64,000 nucleotides of DNA from Candidatus Kaiserbacteria bacterium CG10_big_fil_rev_8_21_14_0_10_47_16 (GTDB lineage Bacteria; Patescibacteriota; Minisyncoccia; Phycocordibacterales; UBA918): positions 12,615 through 76,614 of the forward strand of contig PFBI01000004.1 of the NCBI GenBank assembly GCA_002773395.1. The letters run 5' to 3'. The notes below the pieces were generated by a model. That model was not told the origin of the DNA. It was given only the letters and a program-made list of their open reading frames with translations, and searched no databases. Below, piece by piece: positions 1 through 8,970 of the stretch (positions are counted from its first letter, which is position 1; each line of letters begins with the position of its first letter). The translations under genes and the position numbers were made by a program.

Positions 1-165
1 ACCGCGCATATCAACAGGGGGTATGACGATATTATTGATACAATGGAGATATCGTTCTGGGTTATTCCGTGGAAGCTTGCAGGAGTAACGTTTGGTATCA
101 TCTTTATCATTCTCTATACCATTCGTACGTTCTTTAAAAGGTTTGAATTCAAACGGAAAGACTAG
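1..165 (+). CDS. 3' end of a CDS that begins upstream of the window; hydrophobic C-terminus (…GVTFGIIFIILYTIRTFFKRFEFKRKD*), membrane protein of unknown function
   Basis: Frame 1 is open from position 1 to the stop at 163-165. No recognisable motif. Confidence 0.3.
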   Translation, partial: TAHINRGYDDIIDTMEISFWVIPWKLAGVTFGIIFIILYTIRTFFKRFEFKRKD

Positions 166-186
166 CGGAATACATACGCTTTCACT

Positions 187-960
187 ATGTTTAATACACG
201 TACCATATATTCAGCAATGGTCGTATCAGCACTCTGTACGCCCTTTATCGTATTTCTGTTTCAAGGTGTATCGGCACAGGTGATGGGGAGTACTAATTAC
301 CGTATTGAAAGCGACAGCATTAACGTTGGTGGTGGGTACGCAAGTTCTACAAACTACCAACTTGAATCAACTGCCGGAGAAATTGCGACAGGCGAGTCGG
401 CAAGTAGTAATTACAAATTGAAGGCGGGGTATCAGCAGATGCATGAGGTGTATCTTGCAATGTCTCCGGCAGCGGACGTGACCATGTCTCCAAATATTGG
501 CGGTATCACGGGAGGTACTGCAAATGGTTCGACGACGGTCGCTGTGACTACGGACAGTGCTGCAGGATACACACTCACCATTTTTGCATCGGGAAGTCCT
601 GCCATGCAGAGCGGTGTAAATACGATTGCTGATTACACTCCGTCTGGCGCAGCGCCGGATTATACGTTTACAACAGGAGCAACTGATTCACACTTCGGGT
701 ATTCACCGTATGGCCCTGATACCGTACAGCGATTTTTAGATGACGGTGCATCGCTCTGCAACACAGGTAGTAGTAATGGCACGGCGACCTGCTGGGATGG
801 CCTCTCGACAAGTGATGCAACGATTGCGTCTGCGGGAAGTGCCAATCACCCTAATGGAGCAACCACAACAATTTACTTTCGGCTTGGTATCGGCGGTTCT
901 GTGGGGCAGCCTGAAGGCGTATACGTTGCAACGACAACGCTCACTGCACTTGCATTATGA
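187..960 (+). CDS. Secreted protein with N-terminal signal peptide and a repeated STNY[RQ][IL]ES motif; unknown function, likely cell surface
   Basis: Signal-peptide-like N-terminus (…FLFQGVSAQV). Three copies of an STNYxxES-type motif. Its 3' end overlaps the next gene by 4 bp (ATGA), suggesting an operon. Confidence 0.55.
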   Translation: MFNTRTIYSAMVVSALCTPFIVFLFQGVSAQVMGSTNYRIESDSINVGGGYASSTNYQLESTAGEIATGESASSNYKLKAGYQQMHEVYLAMSPAADVTMSPNIGGITGGTANGSTTVAVTTDSAAGYTLTIFASGSPAMQSGVNTIADYTPSGAAPDYTFTTGATDSHFGYSPYGPDTVQRFLDDGASLCNTGSSNGTATCWDGLSTSDATIASAGSANHPNGATTTIYFRLGIGGSVGQPEGVYVATTTLTALAL

Positions 961-2501
961 TTTCTTTCGCATACAAACTCCTGACATACTGTGTGATCGC
1001 GAGTTTGCTGCTGCCAACTGGGGTGTTTGCTGCTACTGATTCTTTTAATATTCATGCCACCGTTACTGGGGTTGCAGATGCAACCGCGCCAAGTATTCCG
1101 ACCGGACTCACGGCGACGGCAGTATCGGTTTCAGCAATAAATCTCTCGTGGACTGCGTCAACTGATAATGTCAGTGTAACGGGGTATCAGGTCTTTCGAG
1201 ATAGTATTCAGATTGCGACGAGTTCAGGTACCACATATTCTGATACTGGACTTGCGACAAGTACTGCATATACATATTTTGTAAAAGCGTTTGATGCCGC
1301 CGGCAATATTTCAGCAGCATCAAATAGTGATAATGCAACAACGTTTTCTCCGCCTGCGGTAAACCCTGGAGGTGTTTCAAGTGGGAGCGTCGGTATCTAT
1401 ATTGTTTCTATTGAAGTTATTCCGGGGTCAACCACTGCAGTCGTCCACTGGCGGACATCGGTCCCTACACGTTCAGTATTTGAGTGGGGGAAGACGACGT
1501 CATATGAGATTGGGAGGAGTGTCGCGGAAGCACTTTCCTCTGACCACCGTGCGTACATCACTGATCTGCTTCCGGGTACAGAATATAAATTTCGTATCAC
1601 AGGGCAAAACAGTGCGGGCGTCTCAAGAATCTTGACCGCAGATTCGTTTGTCACACTCATCGGTCCTGATGTATCAGCGCCATCAAACGTTCGAGATTTA
1701 CGTGCGGTTGCGGCGGGGAAAAATATTGTACTCACGTGGATTAATCCAAATGATCCTGATTTTGACCATGTACGCGTGCTTGGAAATGATCGTTGGTATC
1801 CGGGTGATACCGCCGACGGTGCGCTTATATATGAAGGTAATAAAGAGCGCACGATTGATATCGGTGCAGTAGTGCCAGGGACAACGAAGTACTACACCGT
1901 TTTCTCATATGATGAAAACGGAAATACCTCCTCGGGAGCCATCGTTGCGCTTATGATTGATGAAGACGGCACGGTTCATATTGTTGATTTTGATGCAGGT
2001 TCATTTACCGAAGTTCCGGCAGGGATATCGCTTGCGGATATACAGTTTATTCAAGACAACCGCATCATCGTACCTATCGGCGGAACCATCTCGCTTGATG
2101 GATCGCGAGCACTCCTCGTTGTGCTTCCGTACAATAGTGTTCCCGAGCATCTCAAGAGTATTTTAATGACTATTAAAAGTAACGACGGGACTGATGCTTC
2201 GTTTTCATTCCTTCTCCGCGTGAATGAAAATAAAACTGCCTATACCGCCGCTGTTGCAGCATTTGGAATATCAGGAGCATTTCCGTTCTCAGTCTCATTG
2301 ATTGATTACAAAGTAAAGCAAATTGGGAGAGTCGAAGGCATTCTTGCCTCACGCATCCTTCCGTCCGACAATGCTTCCATGTGGTCGTTGTTCAATAGTA
2401 TGGGGTACTTCCCGTATTTCATTCTTTTCCTCGTTGTCCTTCTTGTTATCGCGCGTAGACTCATACGGGGTCCCAAATTAGAACGTGTGGAGAATACATA
2501 A
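957..2501 (+). CDS. Fibronectin type III domain surface protein with a C-terminal transmembrane anchor
   Basis: Signal peptide. FN3-like segment (…LSWTASTDNVSVTGYQVFRD…YTYFVKAFDAAGNIS…). C-terminal hydrophobic helix followed by RRLIRG. Confidence 0.65.
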   Translation: MISFAYKLLTYCVIASLLLPTGVFAATDSFNIHATVTGVADATAPSIPTGLTATAVSVSAINLSWTASTDNVSVTGYQVFRDSIQIATSSGTTYSDTGLATSTAYTYFVKAFDAAGNISAASNSDNATTFSPPAVNPGGVSSGSVGIYIVSIEVIPGSTTAVVHWRTSVPTRSVFEWGKTTSYEIGRSVAEALSSDHRAYITDLLPGTEYKFRITGQNSAGVSRILTADSFVTLIGPDVSAPSNVRDLRAVAAGKNIVLTWINPNDPDFDHVRVLGNDRWYPGDTADGALIYEGNKERTIDIGAVVPGTTKYYTVFSYDENGNTSSGAIVALMIDEDGTVHIVDFDAGSFTEVPAGISLADIQFIQDNRIIVPIGGTISLDGSRALLVVLPYNSVPEHLKSILMTIKSNDGTDASFSFLLRVNENKTAYTAAVAAFGISGAFPFSVSLIDYKVKQIGRVEGILASRILPSDNASMWSLFNSMGYFPYFILFLVVLLVIARRLIRGPKLERVENT

Positions 2502-2537
2502 ACCGAGGAGTGGGGGGTGATGATACACTAGGTACAT

Positions 2538-3587
2538 ATGAAAAAAACACGTGTTGCCATCAATGGCTTTGGACGCATTGGAAGAACATTTTTCCGTATG
2601 GCCGCAGGTCATCCTGATTTTGATATTGTCGCAGTGAATGATCTTGGTGACATTGAAAATCTTGCATACCTTCTCACGTACGATACTGCGTATGGACGAA
2701 GTCCTCACGACATCAAAGTCACTGGAGGCAAACTGGTAGTGAACGGATCAGAGATTGAATTTTTAAGTGAACGTGAGCCGAGCAATCTGCCGTGGGAGAA
2801 ACTCGGTGTTGATATTGTTATTGAATCAACGGGATTCTTTACAAGTTATGAAGCATCAAAGGCTCACCTGAAAGCAGGCGCGAAGCGTGTGGTGATTAGC
2901 GCGCCAGTCAAAGATGATCCAGAGGCAGCAGGAGTAACGGGCGCGACAGTACTGATGGGGGTAAACGACAGTGTTCTTGGTGAGGACTGTCAGATAAGTT
3001 CAAATGCATCGTGTACAACGAATGCCACGAGCCCACTTGTCGCTATCTTAAAAAAATCTATTGGCATTGAAAAGGCGGTACTCAATACCGTACATGCGTA
3101 CACCGCGACACAAGCACTTATCGACGCGCCGAGCAAAAAAGATTTTCGAAAGGGAAGGAGTGCTGCTCAAAATATTATCCCAAGCTCAACAGGAGCTGCT
3201 GTTGCGACCACGAAAGCCCATACTGATCTTGCGGGAAATTTCGATGGTATTGCTATGCGCGTCCCGGTTTCAGTCGGATCAATTGTTGATCTTACATTTA
3301 TTGCATCGAAAGATACGACGGTAGAAGAGGTGAATGCTGCACTACGCGCAGCAGCTGCAACACCGGCATGGAGCCCACTCTTTGCAGTTACGGAAGAGCC
3401 GATCGTATCGTCCGATATTATTGGCGCACAGTTTGCAGCGATTGCCGACCTCTCATTTACACGAGTAGTGGGAGGAAACCTCGTGAAGGTACTTGCGTGG
3501 TATGACAATGAAACGAGTTATACCAGTACGCTCGTCCAGCATGTCGCTTCAATTGCAAAGTTTTTTCAGAGACAAGAAAAAAATTAG
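2538..3587 (+). CDS. gap: Glyceraldehyde-3-phosphate dehydrogenase, type I
   Basis: N-terminal INGFGRIGR Rossmann motif. Active-site ASCTTN present. 349 aa. Confidence 0.93.
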   Translation: MKKTRVAINGFGRIGRTFFRMAAGHPDFDIVAVNDLGDIENLAYLLTYDTAYGRSPHDIKVTGGKLVVNGSEIEFLSEREPSNLPWEKLGVDIVIESTGFFTSYEASKAHLKAGAKRVVISAPVKDDPEAAGVTGATVLMGVNDSVLGEDCQISSNASCTTNATSPLVAILKKSIGIEKAVLNTVHAYTATQALIDAPSKKDFRKGRSAAQNIIPSSTGAAVATTKAHTDLAGNFDGIAMRVPVSVGSIVDLTFIASKDTTVEEVNAALRAAAATPAWSPLFAVTEEPIVSSDIIGAQFAAIADLSFTRVVGGNLVKVLAWYDNETSYTSTLVQHVASIAKFFQRQEKN

Positions 3588-3588
3588 T

Positions 3589-4032
3589 ATGAAAATATAC
3601 TTTGCAGCTGATCATGCAGGTTTTGAATTAAAAGAGGTACTGCGTGCGTTTGTGCGCGATGAACTCGGCTATGAGACCGAGGACTGCGGTGCGTTTGCAA
3701 AGGATATCGACGATGATTATCCAGATTTCGTTCGTGTTGCAGCAGAGAAAGTGGCAGGAGAGGATGAAGGAATGGGGATTATCCTCGGTGGCTCAGGACA
3801 GGGAGAAGCAATCGCTGCGAACCGCACCAAAGGAGTGCGTGCTGCTGTGTACTATGGCGGTCCTGAAGAAATCGTGACTCTTTCTCGTGAGCATAACGAT
3901 GCAAATATGCTTTCGCTTGGAGCACGATTTATGAATGCTGATACTGCAAAAGAAGTTGTACGTCTATGGCTTGCTACAGAATTTTCAGGAGATGAGCGAC
4001 ATATACGTCGTCTACAAAAAGTGGATGACTAA
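3589..4032 (+). CDS. rpiB: Ribose-5-phosphate isomerase B
   Basis: MKIYFAADHAGFELKE… is typical of the RpiB/LacAB family. Start chosen at the ATG 2 nt after the gap stop; the tracked ORF extends further upstream in the same frame. Confidence 0.88.
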   Translation: MKIYFAADHAGFELKEVLRAFVRDELGYETEDCGAFAKDIDDDYPDFVRVAAEKVAGEDEGMGIILGGSGQGEAIAANRTKGVRAAVYYGGPEEIVTLSREHNDANMLSLGARFMNADTAKEVVRLWLATEFSGDERHIRRLQKVDD

Positions 4033-4056
4033 ACATCGTCGCAGAAAGGTGATGGT

Positions 4057-4641
4057 ATGATATATAAAACGACACAACGTATGTTCTCTACACACACAAA
4101 AATGCTCGAAAAGAAAAAAGGGTTTACACTCATCGAACTCCTTGTGGTGATTGCGATTATTGGGATCTTAGCATCGGTTGCGCTTGCGTCACTCAGTCGG
4201 GCTCGTGAGAATTCGCGCAATGCTGCGCGTGTCTCACAGCTGCAAGAATATATTAAAGCGCTCAACCTTTCGTACTCGAATGTGGGCGCGTACCCAATGT
4301 GGGGGTCAGGATCGACAGGGTCTCTCATCTGTCTTGGTGACTACGGCGACGATCGTTGTTGGCAGACAAATTCAAACCCTGCAGGCTCTGCTGCAGAGCG
4401 TTCGGTGATAGCAGATGCACTTGTACCATCCTTCTTTGGGATGCTTCCTATGGGAGAAACAACGGTATTTGGAGGGGGATCAAGTCCAACCTATGAAGGA
4501 ATGACCTACCAACACCTCAATTACGGAAGAGGGTACCAGATTCAGTACTTTATGGAAGGAAACGGACAAAACTGTTTACTTACGAATACCACATCGTCTG
4601 ATGTTGGCGCTGATACACTTTGTGTATATACCTCATCCTAA
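4057..4641 (+). CDS. Type IV prepilin-like protein (N-terminal cleavage/methylation domain)
   Basis: Leader then G|FTLIELLVVIAIIGILAS, a class III signal peptide with Glu at +5. AGGTGA ribosome-binding site upstream of the ATG at 4057. Confidence 0.7.
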   Translation: MIYKTTQRMFSTHTKMLEKKKGFTLIELLVVIAIIGILASVALASLSRARENSRNAARVSQLQEYIKALNLSYSNVGAYPMWGSGSTGSLICLGDYGDDRCWQTNSNPAGSAAERSVIADALVPSFFGMLPMGETTVFGGGSSPTYEGMTYQHLNYGRGYQIQYFMEGNGQNCLLTNTTSSDVGADTLCVYTSS

Positions 4642-4674
4642 TACACTCGCGGCGTATTACCGCGTACGCATACT

Positions 4675-5331
4675 ATGATCATACCGGCAATTATTCCAAC
4701 ATCGCGCCACGCACTTGATTCGCAGCTTGATGCGGTCTCTTCTGTTGCACGCCAAGTGCAAGTTGATATTGTTGACGGTATTTTTGCAACCCCGACGTCG
4801 TGGCCGTATATTTGCGAAGATGTAGCGGGGGCACTTGTAGGACTGGATTTTCGCAGTACCGCTGTTGAGCTCGATCTTATGGTGAAGGATCCAGAAGGTA
4901 CACTCGATATGTGGCTTGCGACACATCCTGCAAAAATGGTGGTGCACGTCGAGAGTACGAATAACCTCAATCGTGTTATCGAGCATGCCAATCGGCATGC
5001 GTATCAACTTGGGCTCGCGTTTAATAATGATACAAGTCTTGATGTGCTCGCGGTTCTCGATCGTCGGTCGTTTGATTATGTGCAACTCATGGGGATTGCG
5101 ACCATTGGGACTCAGGGTCAACCCTTTGACGAGCGTGTTATTGATCGGATTCTTTTTTTGAAAAAGACGTACCCCGATCTTCCAATACAAATTGATGGAA
5201 GTGTAAATATGGAAACTATTTCAAAGCTGCGGCGAGCGGGAGCAGATCTACTCGTCGCAGGGTCAGCAATCTTTGCGGATCCATACCCAGAGAACGCGTA
5301 CCGAGCACTTGCAGAACGAGCGATGTTATAA
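4675..5331 (+). CDS. rpe: Ribulose-phosphate 3-epimerase-like TIM-barrel protein
   Basis: Blockwise similarity to Rpe: IIPAII~IAPSIL, VQVDIVDGIF~VHFDVMDNH, LDLMVKDP~DVHLMVKP, and C-terminal DGSV…AGADLLVAGSAIF. Confidence 0.75.
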   Translation: MIIPAIIPTSRHALDSQLDAVSSVARQVQVDIVDGIFATPTSWPYICEDVAGALVGLDFRSTAVELDLMVKDPEGTLDMWLATHPAKMVVHVESTNNLNRVIEHANRHAYQLGLAFNNDTSLDVLAVLDRRSFDYVQLMGIATIGTQGQPFDERVIDRILFLKKTYPDLPIQIDGSVNMETISKLRRAGADLLVAGSAIFADPYPENAYRALAERAML

Positions 5332-5396
5332 GCGGTGATATTTCTTTACACAGACGAAAGACAGTGTGCCTGCAGGCTGCGGTATACTGATACAGT

Positions 5397-6293
5397 ATGC
5401 GATATCTCAACGACTCTGAAATTCAGAACCTAGAAATAAAAGCGAATAGTATTCGTGAGAGTATTATCGAAATGCTCATTGAAGCGGGAAGTGGTCACAC
5501 CGCGGGGCCACTTGGTATGGCGGATATTTTTACACTCCTTTACTTCGAGGTACTCAGGCATAATCCGAAGGATCCGCTATGGGTAGATCGAGATAGACTC
5601 GTTCTCTCAAACGGTCACATTTGTCCGGTGATGTACGCAGCAATGGCGCATGTAGGATATTTTCCTGTTGAAGAACTTCTTACGTTGCGAAAGTTTGGTT
5701 CACGACTGCAGGGACATCCTCATCGAGAACTGCTTCCGGGGCTTGAAACAAGTTCGGGCCCACTTGGGTCAGGTCTCTCGCAAGCCATCGGCATGGCACT
5801 CGCTGAGCGTATGGAGAATCCCTACTCTTCAAAATATTTTTATTGCATTGTCGGTGATGGGGAACTACAGGAAGGACAGATATGGGAAGCAGCGCTTCTT
5901 GCAGGAAAAGAACAACTCCACAATTTAATTGTGATTGTCGACCGCAACGGTATTCAAATTGATGGATACACGAAAGACGTCATGCCGATGGAACCATTGG
6001 TAGAAAAATTTGAATCTTTTAATTTTGATGTACAGGAGGTTGACGGTCACAATATTCGGAGCGTGAACGACGCTATCGGAAAGGCTCAGGCGGTATATGG
6101 CCAGCCGTCAGTTATTATTGCGCACACAATTCCTGCGAAAGGAGTTGATGTGTTTGAGCGAGATTTTAGATGGCACGGAAATCCTCCAGGGAAAGGGCCT
6201 GAAGATCGTGTTCCGAAAGACAAACAGGGAGAGGTTGCACTTCAGCGGCTTCACTCACTCGCAGGAGCTATTATTCCGTCTGATCGTTCGTAA
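5397..6293 (+). CDS. Transketolase, N-terminal (thiamine-diphosphate-binding) subunit of a split enzyme
   Basis: GSGHTAGPLG and GDGELQEG motifs. 298 aa, immediately followed by the C-terminal subunit. Confidence 0.88.
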   Translation: MRYLNDSEIQNLEIKANSIRESIIEMLIEAGSGHTAGPLGMADIFTLLYFEVLRHNPKDPLWVDRDRLVLSNGHICPVMYAAMAHVGYFPVEELLTLRKFGSRLQGHPHRELLPGLETSSGPLGSGLSQAIGMALAERMENPYSSKYFYCIVGDGELQEGQIWEAALLAGKEQLHNLIVIVDRNGIQIDGYTKDVMPMEPLVEKFESFNFDVQEVDGHNIRSVNDAIGKAQAVYGQPSVIIAHTIPAKGVDVFERDFRWHGNPPGKGPEDRVPKDKQGEVALQRLHSLAGAIIPSDRS

Positions 6294-6296
6294 TAT

Positions 6297-7283
6297 ATGA
6301 TGCCACAACACATTAATCCAAATATATTTAACGACACCGTTGAGCGAGTGCCAAACCGTAATGGTTTTGGTGAAGGGCTGAAAGCTGCAGGAGAGGTCGA
6401 GAAGAACGTTGTCGCACTCTGCTCCGACCTTACTGAGTCAACAAAGGTTTCAGATTTTGCGACTGCATTTCCTGAACGTTATTTTGAAATGGGTATTTGT
6501 GAACAATCGATGGCGTCAGTTGCATCGGGGATGGCTGCGATGGGGAAGATTCCATTCATTGCCTCGTACGCGATGTTTTCACCAGGAAGAAACTGGGAAC
6601 AGATTCGTACTACTATTGCCTACAACGGTGCGAATGTAAAAATAATCGGAGCGCACGCGGGTGTTTCTGTTGGTCCTGACGGTGCAACGCATCAAGCAAT
6701 TGAAGATATTGCACTGATGCGAACGATTCCTCGAATGGTTGTCATAGCTCCGTGCGATAGTAATGAAGCAAAGAAAGCGACGATGGCTGCCGCCACGTAT
6801 GATGGTCCGGTGTACATCCGTCTTGCACGTGAGAAGACACCTGTCGTCACGACGTCTGGGTCGCCGTTTACCATCGGTAAAGCAGAAATATATTTAGAGC
6901 GAAACAAAGACCATGCAAAGAAGATAGGTATTATTGCGAGCGGTACTATCCTGCACGGCGCTATGACCGCTGCACACGCATTAAACGAACAGGGAATTGG
7001 CGTCTCGGTTATGAATCTTGCGACTATTAAACCGCTTGATACAGAAGCAATCCTTGCGTTTGCAAAGGATCACGATGCGCTCGTAACTGTCGAAGAACAC
7101 CAAGTTGCAGGAGGTATGGGAAGTGCGGTCGCGGAGTATCTTTCGGAAGTATACCCAACGCGAGTCGTGCGACTCGGAGTACACGATCGGTTTGGTCAAT
7201 CGGGGACACCGGAAGAGCTCGTTGCTTACTATGGGATGGATGAAAAGGAGATTACCAAAACGGTACACGCTCTTGTGGATTGA
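6297..7283 (+). CDS. Transketolase, C-terminal (pyrimidine-binding) subunit of a split enzyme
   Basis: …FPERYFEMGICEQSMASVASGMA… plus a transketolase C-terminal domain. Confidence 0.88.
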   Translation: MMPQHINPNIFNDTVERVPNRNGFGEGLKAAGEVEKNVVALCSDLTESTKVSDFATAFPERYFEMGICEQSMASVASGMAAMGKIPFIASYAMFSPGRNWEQIRTTIAYNGANVKIIGAHAGVSVGPDGATHQAIEDIALMRTIPRMVVIAPCDSNEAKKATMAAATYDGPVYIRLAREKTPVVTTSGSPFTIGKAEIYLERNKDHAKKIGIIASGTILHGAMTAAHALNEQGIGVSVMNLATIKPLDTEAILAFAKDHDALVTVEEHQVAGGMGSAVAEYLSEVYPTRVVRLGVHDRFGQSGTPEELVAYYGMDEKEITKTVHALVD

Positions 7284-7327
7284 TGTTTTGCATTACGAAG
7301 CATATGTGTAATGCTACATCTATACGT

Positions 7328-7855
7328 ATGTATACTATTTTAAAAGAAAGAAAACAGACAGGATTTACACTCATTGAACTTCTTGTGGTTATTGCCATTA
7401 TTGGGATCTTGGCATCGATTGCGCTTGCATCACTTAATACAGCGCGAGAAAAAGCACAGAACACAAACTATTTAAGCCAAATCGATGCCTACCAGAAGGT
7501 GTTTGAGCTGTATTATTCAGACAATGGATTTTACCCAAAGAGTGGCGTGAGTGCGACTGGTGCAGAATATTGTCTCGGTGAGGGGTATCCGAATGGTACG
7601 TGTTGGCATAATACCGGCACCGGACGGTCTGAAAATTCAACCTTTAACACAGCCTTGAAACAATACATTTCAGCGCTCCCTATTCCTGCCGTTATAAATC
7701 CCTCAGCTTCTCTACAAGGAGCAATCTATAAACACCTCAACTCCGGCGGCGGATATGATGTCCAGTATTTCCTTGCTGGGAATAATCAAAACTGTGGGAA
7801 GGGTACCTTCATTTCAAATATTTCAGGGAACACGCGGTGTCAGATTATAAAGTAG
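7328..7855 (+). CDS. Type IV prepilin-like protein (second copy). Start uncertain; the ORF is open from 7280
   Basis: …KQTG|FTLIELLVVIAIIGILASIALASL, a class III signal peptide. Confidence 0.65.
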   Translation: MYTILKERKQTGFTLIELLVVIAIIGILASIALASLNTAREKAQNTNYLSQIDAYQKVFELYYSDNGFYPKSGVSATGAEYCLGEGYPNGTCWHNTGTGRSENSTFNTALKQYISALPIPAVINPSASLQGAIYKHLNSGGGYDVQYFLAGNNQNCGKGTFISNISGNTRCQIIK

Positions 7856-7880
7856 GATACTTGATACTCGTGCACAGTAA

Positions 7881-7911
7881 AATCTAACGGCGCGTGCCGT
7901 TAGATTTTTTT
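7881..7911. terminator. Bidirectional rho-independent terminator between the pilin gene and the convergent kinase gene
   Basis: Hairpin aatctaacggc/gccgttagatt followed by TTTTTTT. Overlaps the last codons (…PKKI) of the minus-strand kinase. Confidence 0.6.
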
Positions 7912-8901
7912 AGGCACGTATGTCTTCGGAGCCTTCGCAAGAAAGTCCGTCAGCTCTTCTATAGTGAGTAGTCCGGCCTGCGCCCCGATTTTTTGTACGA
8001 CAGACATTGAGTTTATCGGTCCCCACGCAAGCGCAGTTTTCACATCGTTTCCGAGCGCGAGTGCTGCGGTGAAGGTTGAGGAAAAGGAGTCTCCAGCGCC
8101 GGTACGATCAACCGGTGGCGCAGGATCGGGGTACATTGGCATGAACCACACGGTCTCTCCATCAAGCGCGAATGCACCATTTGGTCCATCGGTAATGACG
8201 GGAATCTTTGGTCCGAGCGCACGAATACTGCGGAGGAGTGATGGAATGTCAGTTTCATCAGAACCGAGAATCTGTTGCGCCTCTTCTTTATTACAAAAAA
8301 AGATTTCAGTGACCGCATAGAGATCTTTAAGCGCTTCGTATCCAAGGCGGATTTGGAATGTGCCCGGTTGGAAGACGAGCTTCGTTTCTTTGTTGGCAGC
8401 AACATAGGTTGCGATGTCATGATGAAATTGCACACCGTTCTCGCCAATAGATGAGAAATAAATATATCGCGGCGGATTTTCAAAATCAGGAAGAATGTAC
8501 GGATACTCCTCGTGTTTAATGAGGATAGTACGCTCTGCACCGTACCTTAGTACGTAGTGATAGTTAGTGAGCTTTTGCTCGTGTATCTTTACGAAGTCAG
8601 TATCGACACCTTCAGTGCGGAGCGCGTCGAGACAGTCCTTGCCGTTGCGATCATGGCCGAGATTGGTTGCGAGTGCACTCTTAAGTCCGAGACGCTTTGC
8701 GGCAACGGCGGCGTTTGGAGCATTCCCTACAGCATTTACCACCGTGACGTCTTCGTACGGAAGCTTTTCACCAAAGTTCATCGAAAGTTGGCAAGGTTTA
8801 CCGTCGATGTCGCATACGACGGTCGCATCTTTCTGTGAAAGTTGGATAAACGCGTCAATGGTAATATCTCCAATCGAAATAAAGTCGTATTCATGTGTCA
8901 T
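7900..8901 (-). CDS. PfkB-family carbohydrate kinase (ribokinase-like)
   Basis: C-terminal GAGDSFSSTFTAAL motif. ATG at 8901; the tracked ORF extends to an alternative GTG at 8919. Confidence 0.8.
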   Translation of the reverse strand: MTHEYDFISIGDITIDAFIQLSQKDATVVCDIDGKPCQLSMNFGEKLPYEDVTVVNAVGNAPNAAVAAKRLGLKSALATNLGHDRNGKDCLDALRTEGVDTDFVKIHEQKLTNYHYVLRYGAERTILIKHEEYPYILPDFENPPRYIYFSSIGENGVQFHHDIATYVAANKETKLVFQPGTFQIRLGYEALKDLYAVTEIFFCNKEEAQQILGSDETDIPSLLRSIRALGPKIPVITDGPNGAFALDGETVWFMPMYPDPAPPVDRTGAGDSFSSTFTAALALGNDVKTALAWGPINSMSVVQKIGAQAGLLTIEELTDFLAKAPKTYVPKKI

Positions 8902-8970
8902 ATAGGCAAAGTATACCACTGCCGCGGCGTGGTATTATTTGGGTATTAACACGATAACCACGATGAGAAC

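Noticed and set aside
92-283. 63-aa ORF at the window start, and dozens of 60-150-aa antisense or out-of-frame ORFs inside rpoB, rpoC, dnaE, smc, cysS and others
   Set aside because: They are fully embedded in or antisense to long, motif-rich conserved genes. They have no ribosome-binding site or independent signals, so they are shadow ORFs.
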